Assembly: GCA_024626585.2 (NCBI GenBank)
Contig: JANKJI020000002.1
Span: 45,709,933 to 45,736,257, forward strand
DNA from: Ginkgo biloba
Lineage: Eukaryota > Plantae > Ginkgophyta
Direction: 5' to 3'
DNA: 26,325 bases
Shown here: positions 11,617 through 23,900 of the stretch, one piece after another
Layout of the letters: every line of letters begins with the position of its first letter
Numbering within the stretch: the first letter of the stretch is position 1
The notes under the pieces: model-generated
Seen by the model: the letters and a program-made list of their open reading frames with translations, nothing else
Database searches by the model: none
Told to the model about the DNA's origin: nothing
Translations under genes and position numbers: made by a program

Positions 11617-12975
11617 CTCCGATGACGTCCTCGATCAGCAGGTCCTGGACGAAATTTTAATTCAGCATTATGACCAGCTACAAACTAGTGAGGTGGTCAT
11701 CGATTTGACCAATGTCATCAAGGTCTGTCTCAGATTGGATATTCGGTGGTTAATTGATTATTGAATCGTGTCCAAATTCTTTTTATGGCCTTAGGTTGTT
11801 TGCAACAATCACAATGTGCAAGAATTCTAACACAATTATTATGTTAACTCAGATTCTGAAATTGCATGGTGTCACCATCTCCGGAATAGACAAGGTTTCC
11901 AAACATTCCCCCAGGCTTTAGATTTGAAATTTTATTCAGTTTTGCCACATATCTTGTGATGTTACCGACTTATGTTATTAACATTATGTAGGATGCGATT
12001 CTGAAGCGGTTAAATTTCGTGGGTACTCGGCCCATCTTGGATGACGATGAGTTGATTGGCCAAGAAATCTCGGAAGAAGATTTCGCCGATTGGATGGAGG
12101 AATTGACAGAAAGTACGAATGCCGCTGCATCATCTTCAAACATGCTTTCTCGTTCCATGGACTTCTGTTATGTAAACACTCCTTCCCCGAATGCAATTCC
12201 TTGGGCTAACCAATTTGCAGAGCCGACGGCTACTGAAACCTACACTTTTCTATATTTCAAAGCCATTCCACGGCCACGTGAAGATCGTTTTAGGTCTCTT
12301 CCATGGCCGGCACACGAGTGCTTAGTTACATTGGAGCGTCCACCAATTCTCTGTAATATAACTGAATTCTACAAGGTTTGCGGTCTTGATGCAGCTATTT
12401 ACGAAAAATACATCTCAGATTTATCGGATACCGCGCCTATAATTTTAGTTACTGCAATGACCAACTCACAAGCGGTTATTCCATACCATCCAAAGATATT
12501 ACCTGACGCGAAACAAGTATTGACCAGTCGGGGTTCTGATCCTGCAGGACCCGAAATGACTTTGCCGATCGCGGATTCATCTCCCAGGTAAGCATTATCT
12601 ATCGTCATCAATTCCAATTCGCCCTTCTCTTCAACCCTATTGTAACTATTATTAATATATAATCTTGTAATATATTTGTAGCACTGATTTTTCAGACTCA
12701 GCTTGGCGATTTCCAATATTTGTAGCACTGATTTTTCAGACTCAGGTTGGCAGCTTCAGCCAGTCTCACCCAACCGGCTGTTAAGCCGGGATGACTGGTT
12801 GATGTCGCATGCTGATTCTGAAAATAAGAATAATACACCACCGTGGACCAACACAGGCTCCTATGAGGGAGATGGCGCAGTCACATTCAGTACTAAACCT
12901 GAAATCGAAGCTGCACAGAGAATGACCCCATCGCCATGTGGGTGGTCCGGACATGGCGAACCAGAAGTGTTGTGA
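11594..12975 (+). CDS. Spliced gene for an uncharacterised protein of about 348 aa; exons 11594-11722, 11853-11894, 11992-12587, 12696-12975
   Basis: ATG in aaaATGG context with an in-frame TAG upstream (11564). GT-AG introns at 11723-11852, 11895-11991 and 12588-12695 join into one open frame: MEEDRLSSSDDVLDQQ..DLTNVIK|ILKLHGVTISGIDK|DAILKRLNFVGTRPILDDDE..TYTFLYFKAIPRP..LPWPAHECLVTLERPPILCN..DSSPR|LSLAI..EPEVL*. Exons are GC/CpG-rich and introns AT-rich. Exons 1-2 are supported by the upstream paralog; the last exon is less certain. Confidence 0.8.
12672..12751 (+). repeat. 44-bp-period tandem duplication of a splice acceptor
   Basis: atatttgtagcactgatttttcagactcag(c/g)ttggc occurs at 12672 and 12716, with one mismatch in 36 nt. 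Each copy has a ctgat branch-like motif and ttttcAG (ending 12695 and 12739). Confidence 0.95.
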
Positions 12976-14640
12976 AGTAGTAGATGAGCATAAAGTTAAA
13001 TCCATGATTGCTTCAGTCCCTTGGGTAATTATCTTCTCCCAATTATGAAATTCAGAGATCATTGTAAACGTTGGTGAATATCTTCTTCATGATATGGGTA
13101 GTGGGTTGTCTTATTCATGTGAGAGCATCGGGTTTGGAAAGATTTTTATTGCAAGAATATCTAACATTTTCAATATGATATATGATACGGGTGCAGCAGC
13201 GTGGATCTTCCAGGAACAGTTTAACCCGTTCCTGATCGATTGTAAATCTTTATACCGGTTGAATAGGAAGACGCAAATAGCTTGAACAATTACCCAGCTG
13301 ATCAGTAAAGGCACATTAAACAATAGGGCTTGCGCATCACATTCATTCCTTAGCTTCAAATCCAGCTCATCAAGCAAGCCTAGCACACAGGATATAATAT
13401 TTGTTTTTGCGTCTTTTACATTTTGATAATTATGCCTTTGCTTTTAATGTAAATGAATAACAAGAAGATCGTATTTATTTTGTGCAGCCTTTTTTTTTTT
13501 CATTTCATCTTTGGATCTGAAGAAATTTAGGACCAAACAAGATCCGGATAACTTTATTGCAAGTACGTCTTCTTTACTTTTAAGTTTGGTCTCACCTTTT
13601 GAAATGTAAAGGATATTTGCTGGGAAATGTTATGGTTCATCAGTCTACGTTACGTTCATGGTCGCAAAGGGATGAAAATTGTGAAATATAAAAATGAAGT
13701 TCATTGAAAATCTCAACTTCTCAACGTTTTGGTAATAATATGCAGTATCTTACAGATACAATATAAAATTATCGTAGAAAAAGACATCGGTGAATTGGTG
13801 ATTATGTACGTAAACCTATTTTAAATTAACAATAAGTGAACACACCCATAGGCTCCGAAAATTATGTTACCCAAGCAATTGCACTCTGTCCATATTTTTT
13901 TGCTTTTTTCAGTAGTCCGGTGCATGTGACAATTATTTGCCACAAGCCAATGGTGATTTAAATGAGTTTATACTAGTCCAATGCCTGTGGCAATGGTGAT
14001 TTATGGCAAAGGCAGTTGGTCTATCAACAAAATAAATCCAACACGTTAAAAAATCTGACCAAAATTTTTTTCAACACCTCTAAAACATTAAAAAGGAAGA
14101 CAAAAACATATTAATTGTTCAAAACAGTTAAATATGAATTGAGTAAAACCATCCAGATACATAGACTTCTTGCTATGAAGATTAAATTAAATTTGATAAA
14201 AAAGGTCATGGAATCATAAATCGAGAGATTTACATGCTTTAAGATCTATTTCAATACTTAGATCGAAACACTGCAGCTCGAATGAGAGCAATCTGAAGGC
14301 TTCAAACAAATTGGAAGCTTTTCATTTTCCTCCAAGCTTAGAGGTGCCGAGTGCAGGTCAGTGTCTCCGATAGTTTTGTGGGTGCTGCAATCAAATATGA
14401 ATCGACTTTCAGATAAAACGACTTCGGAGAATAAATAGTTTTGTCATTTCTCACCATTTCAAGATTGATCAAACTGGGACTTTTCTCCAGAGCCTTAGAA
14501 AATCAAGTGCAATGGAAATTTCGAGAAATATCAAGGCGGTGCGGATCTGAAATCTTTTTTCAGTTTATGTTTTATGGGTCGGGCGACAGAACGAATTACA
14601 AACGTGTCTTATGCTCCATTTAATAACATCGGGGCAGGGT

Positions 14641-14795
14641 TTTTAAATAGTATGGTGCCTATCAACACCGGTTTACAACATGAGAGCAAACCTGGAATGG
14701 TTGGGATGCCAAATCTTGTGAGCAGCAGATGGTTGCCATCCTGGATATCGCTCAGACACAATTCAGTTCACGTGACACCTCGCTGGAGCCACGCG
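14641..14795 (-). promoter_or_regulatory. Possible minus-strand promoter (TATA-like element, G-box, ACGCG)
   Basis: CTATTTAAAA on the minus strand at 14641-14650, CACGTG at 14769-14774 and CCACGCG at 14789-14795, all in CpG-retaining DNA. These are short motifs only. Confidence 0.25.
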
Positions 14796-16199
14796 ACATT
14801 GCATTAAAATTATAATGTTGATTAATTTCCATAACAGCGGTAATTTTACGGATCCTAAAATCGTTTTTTTTTTTTGGTGGGGGGGGTTGGTGGTGTTTGG
14901 GGGGTGGCACTTTCAAATTCAAGAGCCAATTGTNNNNNNNNNNNNNNNNNNNNNNNNNNNNNNNNNNNNNNNNNNNNNNNNNNNNNNNNNNNNNNNNNNN
15001 NNNNNNNNNNNNNNNNNNNNNNNNNNNNNNNNNTTCATAGAAAAAGGTACAAAGAATTTATTATTTTATTTTGATATTTCATGTAAAAATAAAAGGAGGA
15101 TGGTACAAAGATAGGAATAAAGGAAAGAATATTTTAGTTAGGGAATGGACAATAATTAATAAAAATGAAAATAAATATTTAATGATGGAATCACCAGAGC
15201 TCAAGATTCAATAATAAGTAAGAAAGGCATAACACATTGGAAACTATCATAAATACTCAATTCTAAANNNNNNNNNNNNNNNNNNNNNNNNNNNNNNAAA
15301 ATAGAGAAATTTATTTAAGTAGTTCATAGTATCTAGGAGTGACTTGATATACTACTCAACAATTACAATGACGACATCATTAGACTACCTATGCAAAATA
15401 GCATATCAAGATTTTTTTACTTCCACATTAAATGACAACACAAGAATAATATGTAAAGTAAAGTAATATTCAAGTTAATAAAGGATAACCATTCTAAGAA
15501 ATATGCTACAGAATCGTAAGAAGCATAAGACTGAAAATTCTATCCTTATTAAGTAAAATAGTTAGGTTACTTGCACTTATAAATAAATTCTTTAGAATGA
15601 TGATTTCTTGATACAAATTAATAACATTAATAAATCTTAGGATAAATGGAAAAAATTAACAAGAATAATTATTCTCATAGGTTAATATATTAGAATTAGG
15701 CATATATTAGCAACACTCGGTATATGTCTATATCACCATCACATTCACAATGACTTTCATCAATGTTTCTAGAATAACGCTTGTCTGAACATGAACCATG
15801 ATTTAGAATGAAAAGTAAAAATGGACAAATTTAATATCTATAACTAATGATCAACAACACTCAATACTTAGGTGAAAATAAACATTCACCATAGTACATT
15901 TGAAGATGTAAAACCACATAAAGGTAATTTTATTAACAAATAAGATCCCAAGTTTTATATACATGAACCAATAAGGTATTACAAATATTTCATACCCATA
16001 AAGGCATATACACATAATATACAAATTTAAATATCAAAATTCATTAGTAAGATATGGTAGGCAACTAGGATATCTCCCTCCTAGTCAATAATCTGTGAGA
16101 ATAAAAGACACTTGGTTATGAATAGAGATAGAAAGATAAAGCATTCTAGCAGGGGAAACATAAGAAACATATGGAATACAAATAAAAGGAAAAAATAAT

Positions 16200-19100
16200 T
16201 TTGTTACTAGAAGCACTTGGTGGAACCCTTTTCTTTTCTTTCTCCTCATTTTTATACTTTATTACTATGGCAGTTGTAATAATCCATCATAGCCAAAAAC
16301 TAACTTATCTCGATTATTTCTACAATTGCTTCCTTTTGACTTGACGCTTATTCTTAAATCTATTGAAATTTATTTTGGATTTCTCGTTTCTTAGACAGAG
16401 CCATATACTTGTTATAGAAATAAATATTCAAAAATTCCTCTTTGATCTTTTTAATTTTATTTATTGTTTCATTCACCAAAGCCTCCATTTCTTAATTAAA
16501 ATATTATCTGTCCAACAAAGAGGACCCTAGTGTGGTAGAATTTAGTCTTTCCCCATCTCGTAATAGTCTAAGAGCCTTATTTTTATCATAACTAATTAAT
16601 TGTGAATAAATATCCTTTGGGATCAATCGATTATCTTTCTATGGGGATAGTAATTGATCTATTGTTGCTTATTACTCCAATGAAGATAATATTTTATCAA
16701 CTCTAGCCTTTAATCCTACTAACTTCCCCACACTTTCTTGTACAAAATTCCTCTTAAGAAGAAATTATCTTTCATATTTAGTCACCTCTTCTAGACTAGG
16801 ACATGGTTCACTAGAATGTTTCGTTATAAAACTCGATAACTTGTTCATTTATTTAGTCAAGAATGAATCTACAACGATCAAAATTTGGGCATAAACTTTT
16901 CTATAGGAATAAATTATACCATCGGTGGTTAATATATTATGAATAAGATCCCATGCTCATAGGAAAAATTCTTACTTTTTCTCTACTACTTGCCATTAAG
17001 TTAAAATGAAGTCTCATGGAACTTAACTATCTCATGATTCAATAATTAACTGACTTCCAAATCTATTTCTGTAAGTGAAAAAATATCTATAGTAATATAG
17101 TAAAATTTTCTTGTGGAGTCTGAGGCTTGGCCATTATAATTTTGACAAATTTCTTATTTTCATCAAAATAAAATATATTATGCCTCCTATTAAAGTCAAT
17201 AGATGAAGAAGCATCTATAGTGGCTAAAGTTGATTAACAATTTAAGAGTTCTAAGAATTGAGATTTTGGAGTGAGCTTAATTTTGGTGATCTCTTAGATC
17301 ATTATATCTGTGTGTTATTTTGATGTTAGAATAGTTCTTGTACCTTAGGTAGAGGTAAGACTAGGTGATTCGTGACTTATAGTATACCTTTTCTTTAATG
17401 TTAAATCTCCTAAATTTCATCCCTCAGTGGTTCTATGATTCTTAGAATTCCATTCACCCTCTTTATGTCCTAATTTTATTTTCTTTCCCTTTTATAGATC
17501 ATCATCATCATAACTTCCACCTTCTATTTTGCCTGATTGATCTTTTGATTGAATATTTCGATATGAATGAGGCATTCCTAATGGTTTCAGTACATGTTAG
17601 TATACCTCCCTCCCTTGAACACCTTGGAGAATAGTTACCCCCATATCCTTCCCCTATTTGGGTCTCCTAGTCCTTTAGAATTGATCCCTTATTCTCAAAA
17701 TGTTCTTATTCTTTAGAAACACTAGTACTTTAAGTGGATTATAATTTATATGAACTAGTTTTATGGGTTATTCTTCTCCTTGTCTTATGTGCCACGCAGT
17801 CATAATCCATAGGATTAATGAGATTATATTTTGGATCTGATAAGTCAAAATAATTCATTTTTCCTTGTCCAATATGATGAGAAAAAATACCTTATGGGTT
17901 ATAAAACCTTTCTTACACTATTTCTAATTGAAGGGTATTTATTTTATCATCAAATGATTTTACCTACCCAATATTTACGACAATCATATTGCCAAAATAA
18001 AAAGGGAAATAATGGAAAAAAAACCTTCTTTTATTTGTGTGATAACCTGTAGTGGACTTACTAAATCTATCTACATATTTCATATAATAAATTCCAATCA
18101 TCCATAAACTTTGGGAGTCANNNNNNNNNNNNNNNNNNNNNNNNNNNNNNNNNNNNNNNNNNNNNNNNNNNNNNNNNNNNNNNNNNNNNNNNNNNNNNNN
18201 NNNNNNNNNNNNNNNNNNNNNNNNNNNNNNNNNNNNNNNNNNNNNNNNNNNNNNNNNNNNNNNNNNNNNNNNNNNNNNNNNNNNNNNNNNNNNNNNNNNN
18301 NNNNNNNNNNNNNNNNNNNNNNNNNNNNNNNNNNNNNNNNNNNNNNNNNNNNNNNNNNNNNNNNNNNNNNNNNNNNNNNNNNNNNNNNNNNNNNNNNNNN
18401 NNNNNNNNNNNNNNNNNNNNNNNNNNNNNNNNNNNNNNNNNNNNNNNNNNNNNNNNNNNNNNNNNNNNNNNNNNNNNNNNNNNNNNNNNNNNNNNNNNNN
18501 NNNNNNNNNNNNNNNNNNNNNNNNNNNNNNNNNNNNNNNNNNNNNNNNNNNNNNNNNNNNNNNNNNNNNNNNNNNNNNNNNNNNNNNNNNNNNNNNNNNN
18601 NNNNNNNNNNNNNNNNNNNNNNNNNNNNNNNNNNNNNNNNNNNNNNNNNNNNNNNNNNCTAGGATTTTGTATTTCCTTCTCCATCTAAAAAACTCACCAA
18701 GGATGGGATCCAAGGATAATATCAAAAGAACTTTTTTTCTTTCTTGAAATAAAAATATACCATGTCAGGTGAGAGATATAAAATTTTCCTAAACATATTG
18801 CAAGTGAGAACACACAATACCTTCCCTATGGCAGAAACTATTATTATATTATTAGGATTAAATCTCTAGGTGCACCAATATACTAATAATCAATACAACA
18901 TCACCTCAAGAATCATTATGGCTTGTGTCAAACCAAAATTCTATAGTGGACTATTTTCTCTCTTGTCGAGCCTAATTTGAAGAAAATCATTGAAAGTGTC
19001 TTTGAAATTAACCTTGTAGGTATCCAAAGTGTCTATGATTTCAACTATTAGCATAGTTGAGACTCCTAAACTCATTATGACTTTTCTTCATACAAATTGT

Positions 19101-19930
19101 TGGGTTATGGTCTTAATTTTATACCATCCTAGAATATAATGAGCACTAGGGTAGTTCTCTATATTTATCTTAAAGGATTTTCTAAAAAATTTCATCATGC
19201 CTACTGTTGCTCTAGGATTATAACAATTCAATTTCAAACAAGTCATTCAAAAGGAATTATTATGAATTCATCTATTGAACTCATAGGTATTTTTCTTGTA
19301 AGTATTCATCTCCATAAGAACTTGTGTATAGGTGATAATAGGCCTTATTTCATAGATTATATTTGAGATAGTCCCTTGTACCTTACTCAATAAATTGAAT
19401 AGTGGAGTTGTTATTGATGCATGACATCTATATCTCATGCAAAGCATGGCACCACCCTATGTATTGATTCTACATATTATGACTTAATTTATGGCACACA
19501 TAGAAAAGGATATCCACTTTTCCATTTTAAAATTGTCCATTAATGGCCATAAATTATGATTAAATATCATAGAACCATGTGTTAGGATGGCATGGTATCC
19601 TCAAATACTTCTTTCAGATATTTTGGTCTATCCCCTCTCTACCTTAATGACTTTGCAAGTTGGAATACCTCTGATATTAAGGATTCTAAAATCTTATGTC
19701 TTATCCCCTTTCTTATTTGGGCATTGATGGTTCATATATCTTTGTTAGACTCCTCTATATCATTTATTGCACATCATGGGATTCTCTGAAACATTAAATA
19801 TTTAACCTTACTCTTAGTGAAAATGGGCATAAACTTCTCATCAACTGGACTTCATTCTAAGTCAATTCCATGAGGCTCACAGTAAAATATTCCTTTCCTC
19901 CATTTTGGGATTTAAGCTCAATTGGAGCAT
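16200..19930 (-). mobile_element. Highly decayed, probably retrotransposon-internal coding remnants
   Basis: CpG-depleted, with minus-strand purine-rich, stop-riddled protein-like stretches (e.g. HKILESLISEVFQL at about 19650-19700; PFYFGNMIV at about 17980-18005). No catalytic motif was identified. Confidence 0.35.
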
Positions 19931-20724
19931 GGTGGTANNNNNNNNNNNNNNNNNNNNNNNNNNNNNNNNNNNNNNNNNNNNNNNNNNNNNNNNNNNNNNN
20001 NNNNNNNNNNNNNNNNNNNNNNNNNNNNNNNNNNNNNCTATGACGCTAAGTTATAGAACCTATAAAATTTTAAGTAAGAACATAAGGTAAAGGCTTAATA
20101 TTTATAGTAGAGGGAAGACCAATCCAAGAAATAAGTGCAAGAATCAATGGAAACATACTTCTCATATACAAAGGCAGTGGAGGAAATGGTCAAGGAAGCT
20201 ACATTTTTAGAAACATACTTCAATTAGCATCCACAGTTGGTGCGTGATGCTCTTAGGGAGATTGAGAAGGTAAGATAATATGTGGAGAAAATTAATGCTC
20301 AGATGGAGGCCACTAAGTATTTGACTATCCTTATTACTCAATACCAAAAGGCTTAGTAAGTGTACATCTAAACACAAGGTGGCATTCATAGGACCATTGG
20401 AATCCTAAATCAATATAAGTGGAAATTTGAATCCATTGAGTAGCAGGTAGTGGAATAGAAAAAAAATTATAAAGATAACTTGCATAAGATTAAGGAAGAG
20501 GTGTCCAAACCTAAACCAAATGGATCCATCATCACCATCATTATAGAAACTCAACTCCAGTCGATAGAAAAAATTACCAAGGAGTGTTCCTAATTACAGA
20601 TGGAGTTCTCAATGGCTCTACTTGACTCTGTAAAGAATCCATTACCATGAAGTCTTCATGTCTAATTTTTAATGTTTGACAGTATCTTAAATTGAGATAA
20701 GGATTTAGGAATGGGGGAGTGTTG

Positions 20725-22147
20725 GACTACTCATTCTCAGCACTAGTCTAATTATGACTCCTAAAGCATCGTATTCCACCTCAAATACTTTGATGAAGTT
20801 TGATAATGCCAACAGTGGTGATTCTATCATATCTTCTTTAACAAATAAAATCTACATTAATCTACACCCATTCACAAAAATTTCTTCCCCATAATACAAT
20901 TTATCATTAGGGCTACTACAGTGCTAAAATTCCTTATAATTTTTTGGGAAAAATTGGCTAACCCATAAACTATTCTTACCTCCATGATGCTTCTTGGTAC
21001 TATACATTCTAATACTACTTTAAATTTTTCTAGATCCAACTTTAATACCTCTTTAGATACTATGAATCCCAAGTACATTAGTCTTCTTTGAAAGAAATTA
21101 CACTTTTCCATATTTACATACTTCCTCTTCTTATAGAGGATGTCAAATACTTACCTCAAACAAGTGAGGTGATCTTCCTCTAATTTTCTATACACTATAA
21201 TATCATCTAGGTAAATAATTACACACTTACCAATGAGTGGATTTTAAATCATGTTCATAAGTTGCATGAATGTGTTGAGTGCATTCGACAACATAAATTG
21301 TATGACTCTCCACTCATGCAGTCCTTCCTTTATTTTGAAAGTAGTATTTTATTCATCACCTTCTTAGATCCTAATATAATAATATTTACTTCTTAATTAT
21401 ACCTTCAAAAAATATGAGGTGCTAGTTAGACAATCCATTATGTCATCCATCCTAGGTATAGGGTATTTGTACTTGATGGTTATCTAGTTGATGGCCCTTG
21501 AATCCACACACATTTTCTATGTTCCATCATTCTTTGGTGTTAATAATATTGGTGTTATAGATAAACTCAATATACCTTGGATAAATTATTTTTCTAATAA
21601 TTATTACACTTATCATTTCATTTCTTATTTCTCTATTATACTTAGTTGATATGCATCTTGATTCGGCAGACTCAATCCTAGAATCAAGTTGATTTGGTGA
21701 GAAATATCTATATCAGGTGGAGATCCTTTAGGTAGTTCATTTGGAGTGATATTTGTACTCCTACAATAGTCTTTTCAATTTCTTAGGTGTCTCCATCTAT
21801 TATTCTTATTGTACCTTCTTTTTTACTAATACATAACATATGTCATTAACCTGCACATTCTTCATAAATTTATTTATTGACAAAATAACTTGTAATTGTT
21901 CTTCTTCTCATAATAGCCACAATATAAACTTCTTCCCATCCGTGTCAATGGTTTTGGTGTTTCTTCTCCCATTATGCATCTCTTATTGATCAAACTACTA
22001 AGGTCATCCCAATAACAAGTGACGCACATCTATGGGTACAACATTATACCATACTTGGTTGCTATAGTTTCCAATATAGAATTTTACAATAATTATTTCT
22101 TTGATTTTTATTTTTCCTCCTTTCTTAAACCATGAGATCTGATATGG
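20725..22147 (-). mobile_element. Degenerate Ty3/gypsy pol (post-protease, RT, RNase H start), CRM-like chromovirus type
   Basis: Minus strand: [28 protein letters not shown] (21430-21515), KTTFK/EGLHEWRV (about 21305-21345), VIIYLDDIIVY (21195-21225), KCNFFQRRLMYLGFIVSKE (ORF 20872-21111), PLLALSNFIKVFEVEYDALG (20760-20820). Confidence 0.93.
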
Positions 22148-22248
22148 TNNNNNNNNNNNNNNNNNNNNNNNNNNNNNNNNNNNNNNNNNNNNNNNNNNNN
22201 NNNNNNNNNNNNNNNNNNNNNNNNNNNNNNNNNNNNNNNNNNNNNNNN

Positions 22249-23900
22249 ATTATTTCCATCTGTTTTGATGGTGTAGTTGTTTATTCTCACATCATGCATC
22301 GTGTTTTAGTCAAACTTCCAAGGTTGTCCCAACAACAAGTGACATGCATCCATTGATATGACATCACACCATACTTACTCATTATAATTTCCAATCTAGA
22401 GTGTCACAAGACTTATTTATTTGATAATTATTTCACCTCCTCTACTAAACCATGAGATATGATATGGAATTTCATACCTCTATCGAGGTAATCTTAACTT
22501 TTGGACCATTTCATTCGATACCATATTCTTAAAGCTATCTCCATCAATGATCACCTTGTAACCTTTTCTCCCAGACACACATTAGATTATAAATATTCTC
22601 TTCATATTTTCTACGAAAATTATCATCCTTAGGTTATTGGTGAGACTCCCTTTACTTATGGTCTTTCGACTACCTCCTCCATTAACCAACTTTCTCTCAT
22701 ATATTATTGGCTTATTCTTTGACAATCCTTAGCTAGTTGTCATTCTTTTCTCGGATATCAAATGCATCTTGTAAGACATTAATATATCCATATTATTTAT
22801 TGTTACCTTCTCATTCTTTACCTCTTCTCCATGAACTAATTTTACTCTCAACTCTTCTCTCCTCATACTGTTATTTTCCCTTGTTGGATATTTGAATACT
22901 CAATAACCTTCTATGACACATCTAAAATAAATTTGTTGGATTCCTAAGTTCATATTAAAAACTACTATAACTTCTTTATCTTTGAAAAATATATCATCCT
23001 TGACCTCTTATACATTGAATAGTTACCTCTCCTCTTGGTCTAGTCTGTTCTTCATTCCCATACCTTATGGTTGTCTCATTTCTAGAGATGCCCTCACCAT
23101 CCCACATTCTTGTTCCTCTTTTCTACTTTAGGAATATTCCATTCCTATAATTAATGATCTCTTCTTTATATTCTTGGCCAATTTCTCTTTTTCCTTGAAT
23201 TTGAGTCAACAAGATTCCTCCACTATTCCCATATAATGCATGATAATATCATATTGAATTGGATACCTCAAGCCATTCACGTACCTTGTTGTCATCTTCT
23301 CTTCACCTTTTTTTATGTTCATTATAGATGGATAACTTATATAATTTATCCATATATAAGGATACAATCTTATCTCTTTACCTTAGGTTCTAAAATTCTT
23401 AGAATATTCTTTGGCCATAATCTGTAGGCAAAAATTTCCCCTTGATTTNNNNNNNNNNNNNNNNNNNNNNNNNNNNNNNNNNNNNNNNNNNNNCTCTTTT
23501 TATAGATTCTTCCACCAAAGAGCTACATGTCCCTTAAATATAGTTCATATGAATTTCACTCTTTTTGGATATTCTATCTCTTCCTAATAAAAATACTTCT
23601 CTAACACACCTATATAATACAACAGATCTTCTAGCCTCAAGCTCCCTCCAAAGTTAAGAACTTCCATTCTTGATCCACCATGGTTATTTCTCAATAAATT
23701 TTCTATCAAGTCCTTTAGGCCTTGCTATTTTCATTCTTGTTCTTCTCCCTTTGGTTCCAACTCGTCATCACCTTCAGGTCTTCATCTCCACAACTCATTC
23801 TCCAACTCTTTAACTCATCTTATGAGATATTTGATCATCTAATGGATAGTTCTACCTCCTTTGGACACTCTTAGTTCTATTCTCTATTTTTTTTGCTACC
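22249..23900 (-). mobile_element. Degenerate Ty3/gypsy gag and aspartic protease (same family, diverged copy)
   Basis: Minus strand: KGHVALWW gag motif (about 23511-23545), decayed zinc knuckle YFRCV..GY..FKYP (about 22885-22930), protease KVIIDGDSFKNMVSNEMVQKL and PYHISWF (22448-22560). Confidence 0.88.

Noticed and set aside
11257-13386. Minus-strand ORFs overlapping the orphan gene
   Set aside because: These are shadow ORFs of GC-richer exons. Splice signals and paralog conservation support the + strand.
13508-13530. tttggatctgaag, resembling miR159
   Set aside because: The match breaks down after the first bases and no complementary hairpin arm was seen.
13947-14003. caatggtgattta repeated twice
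   Set aside because: Only two short copies; not an array and no evident function.
14865-14910. T-run followed by G-rich tracts (G-quadruplex-like)
   Set aside because: Low-complexity sequence next to a gap; likely poor base quality.
17964-18725. Long ORFs in the track (also 24160-24706, 25878-26130 and others)
   Set aside because: They consist mostly of N-gap X residues and are artefacts.
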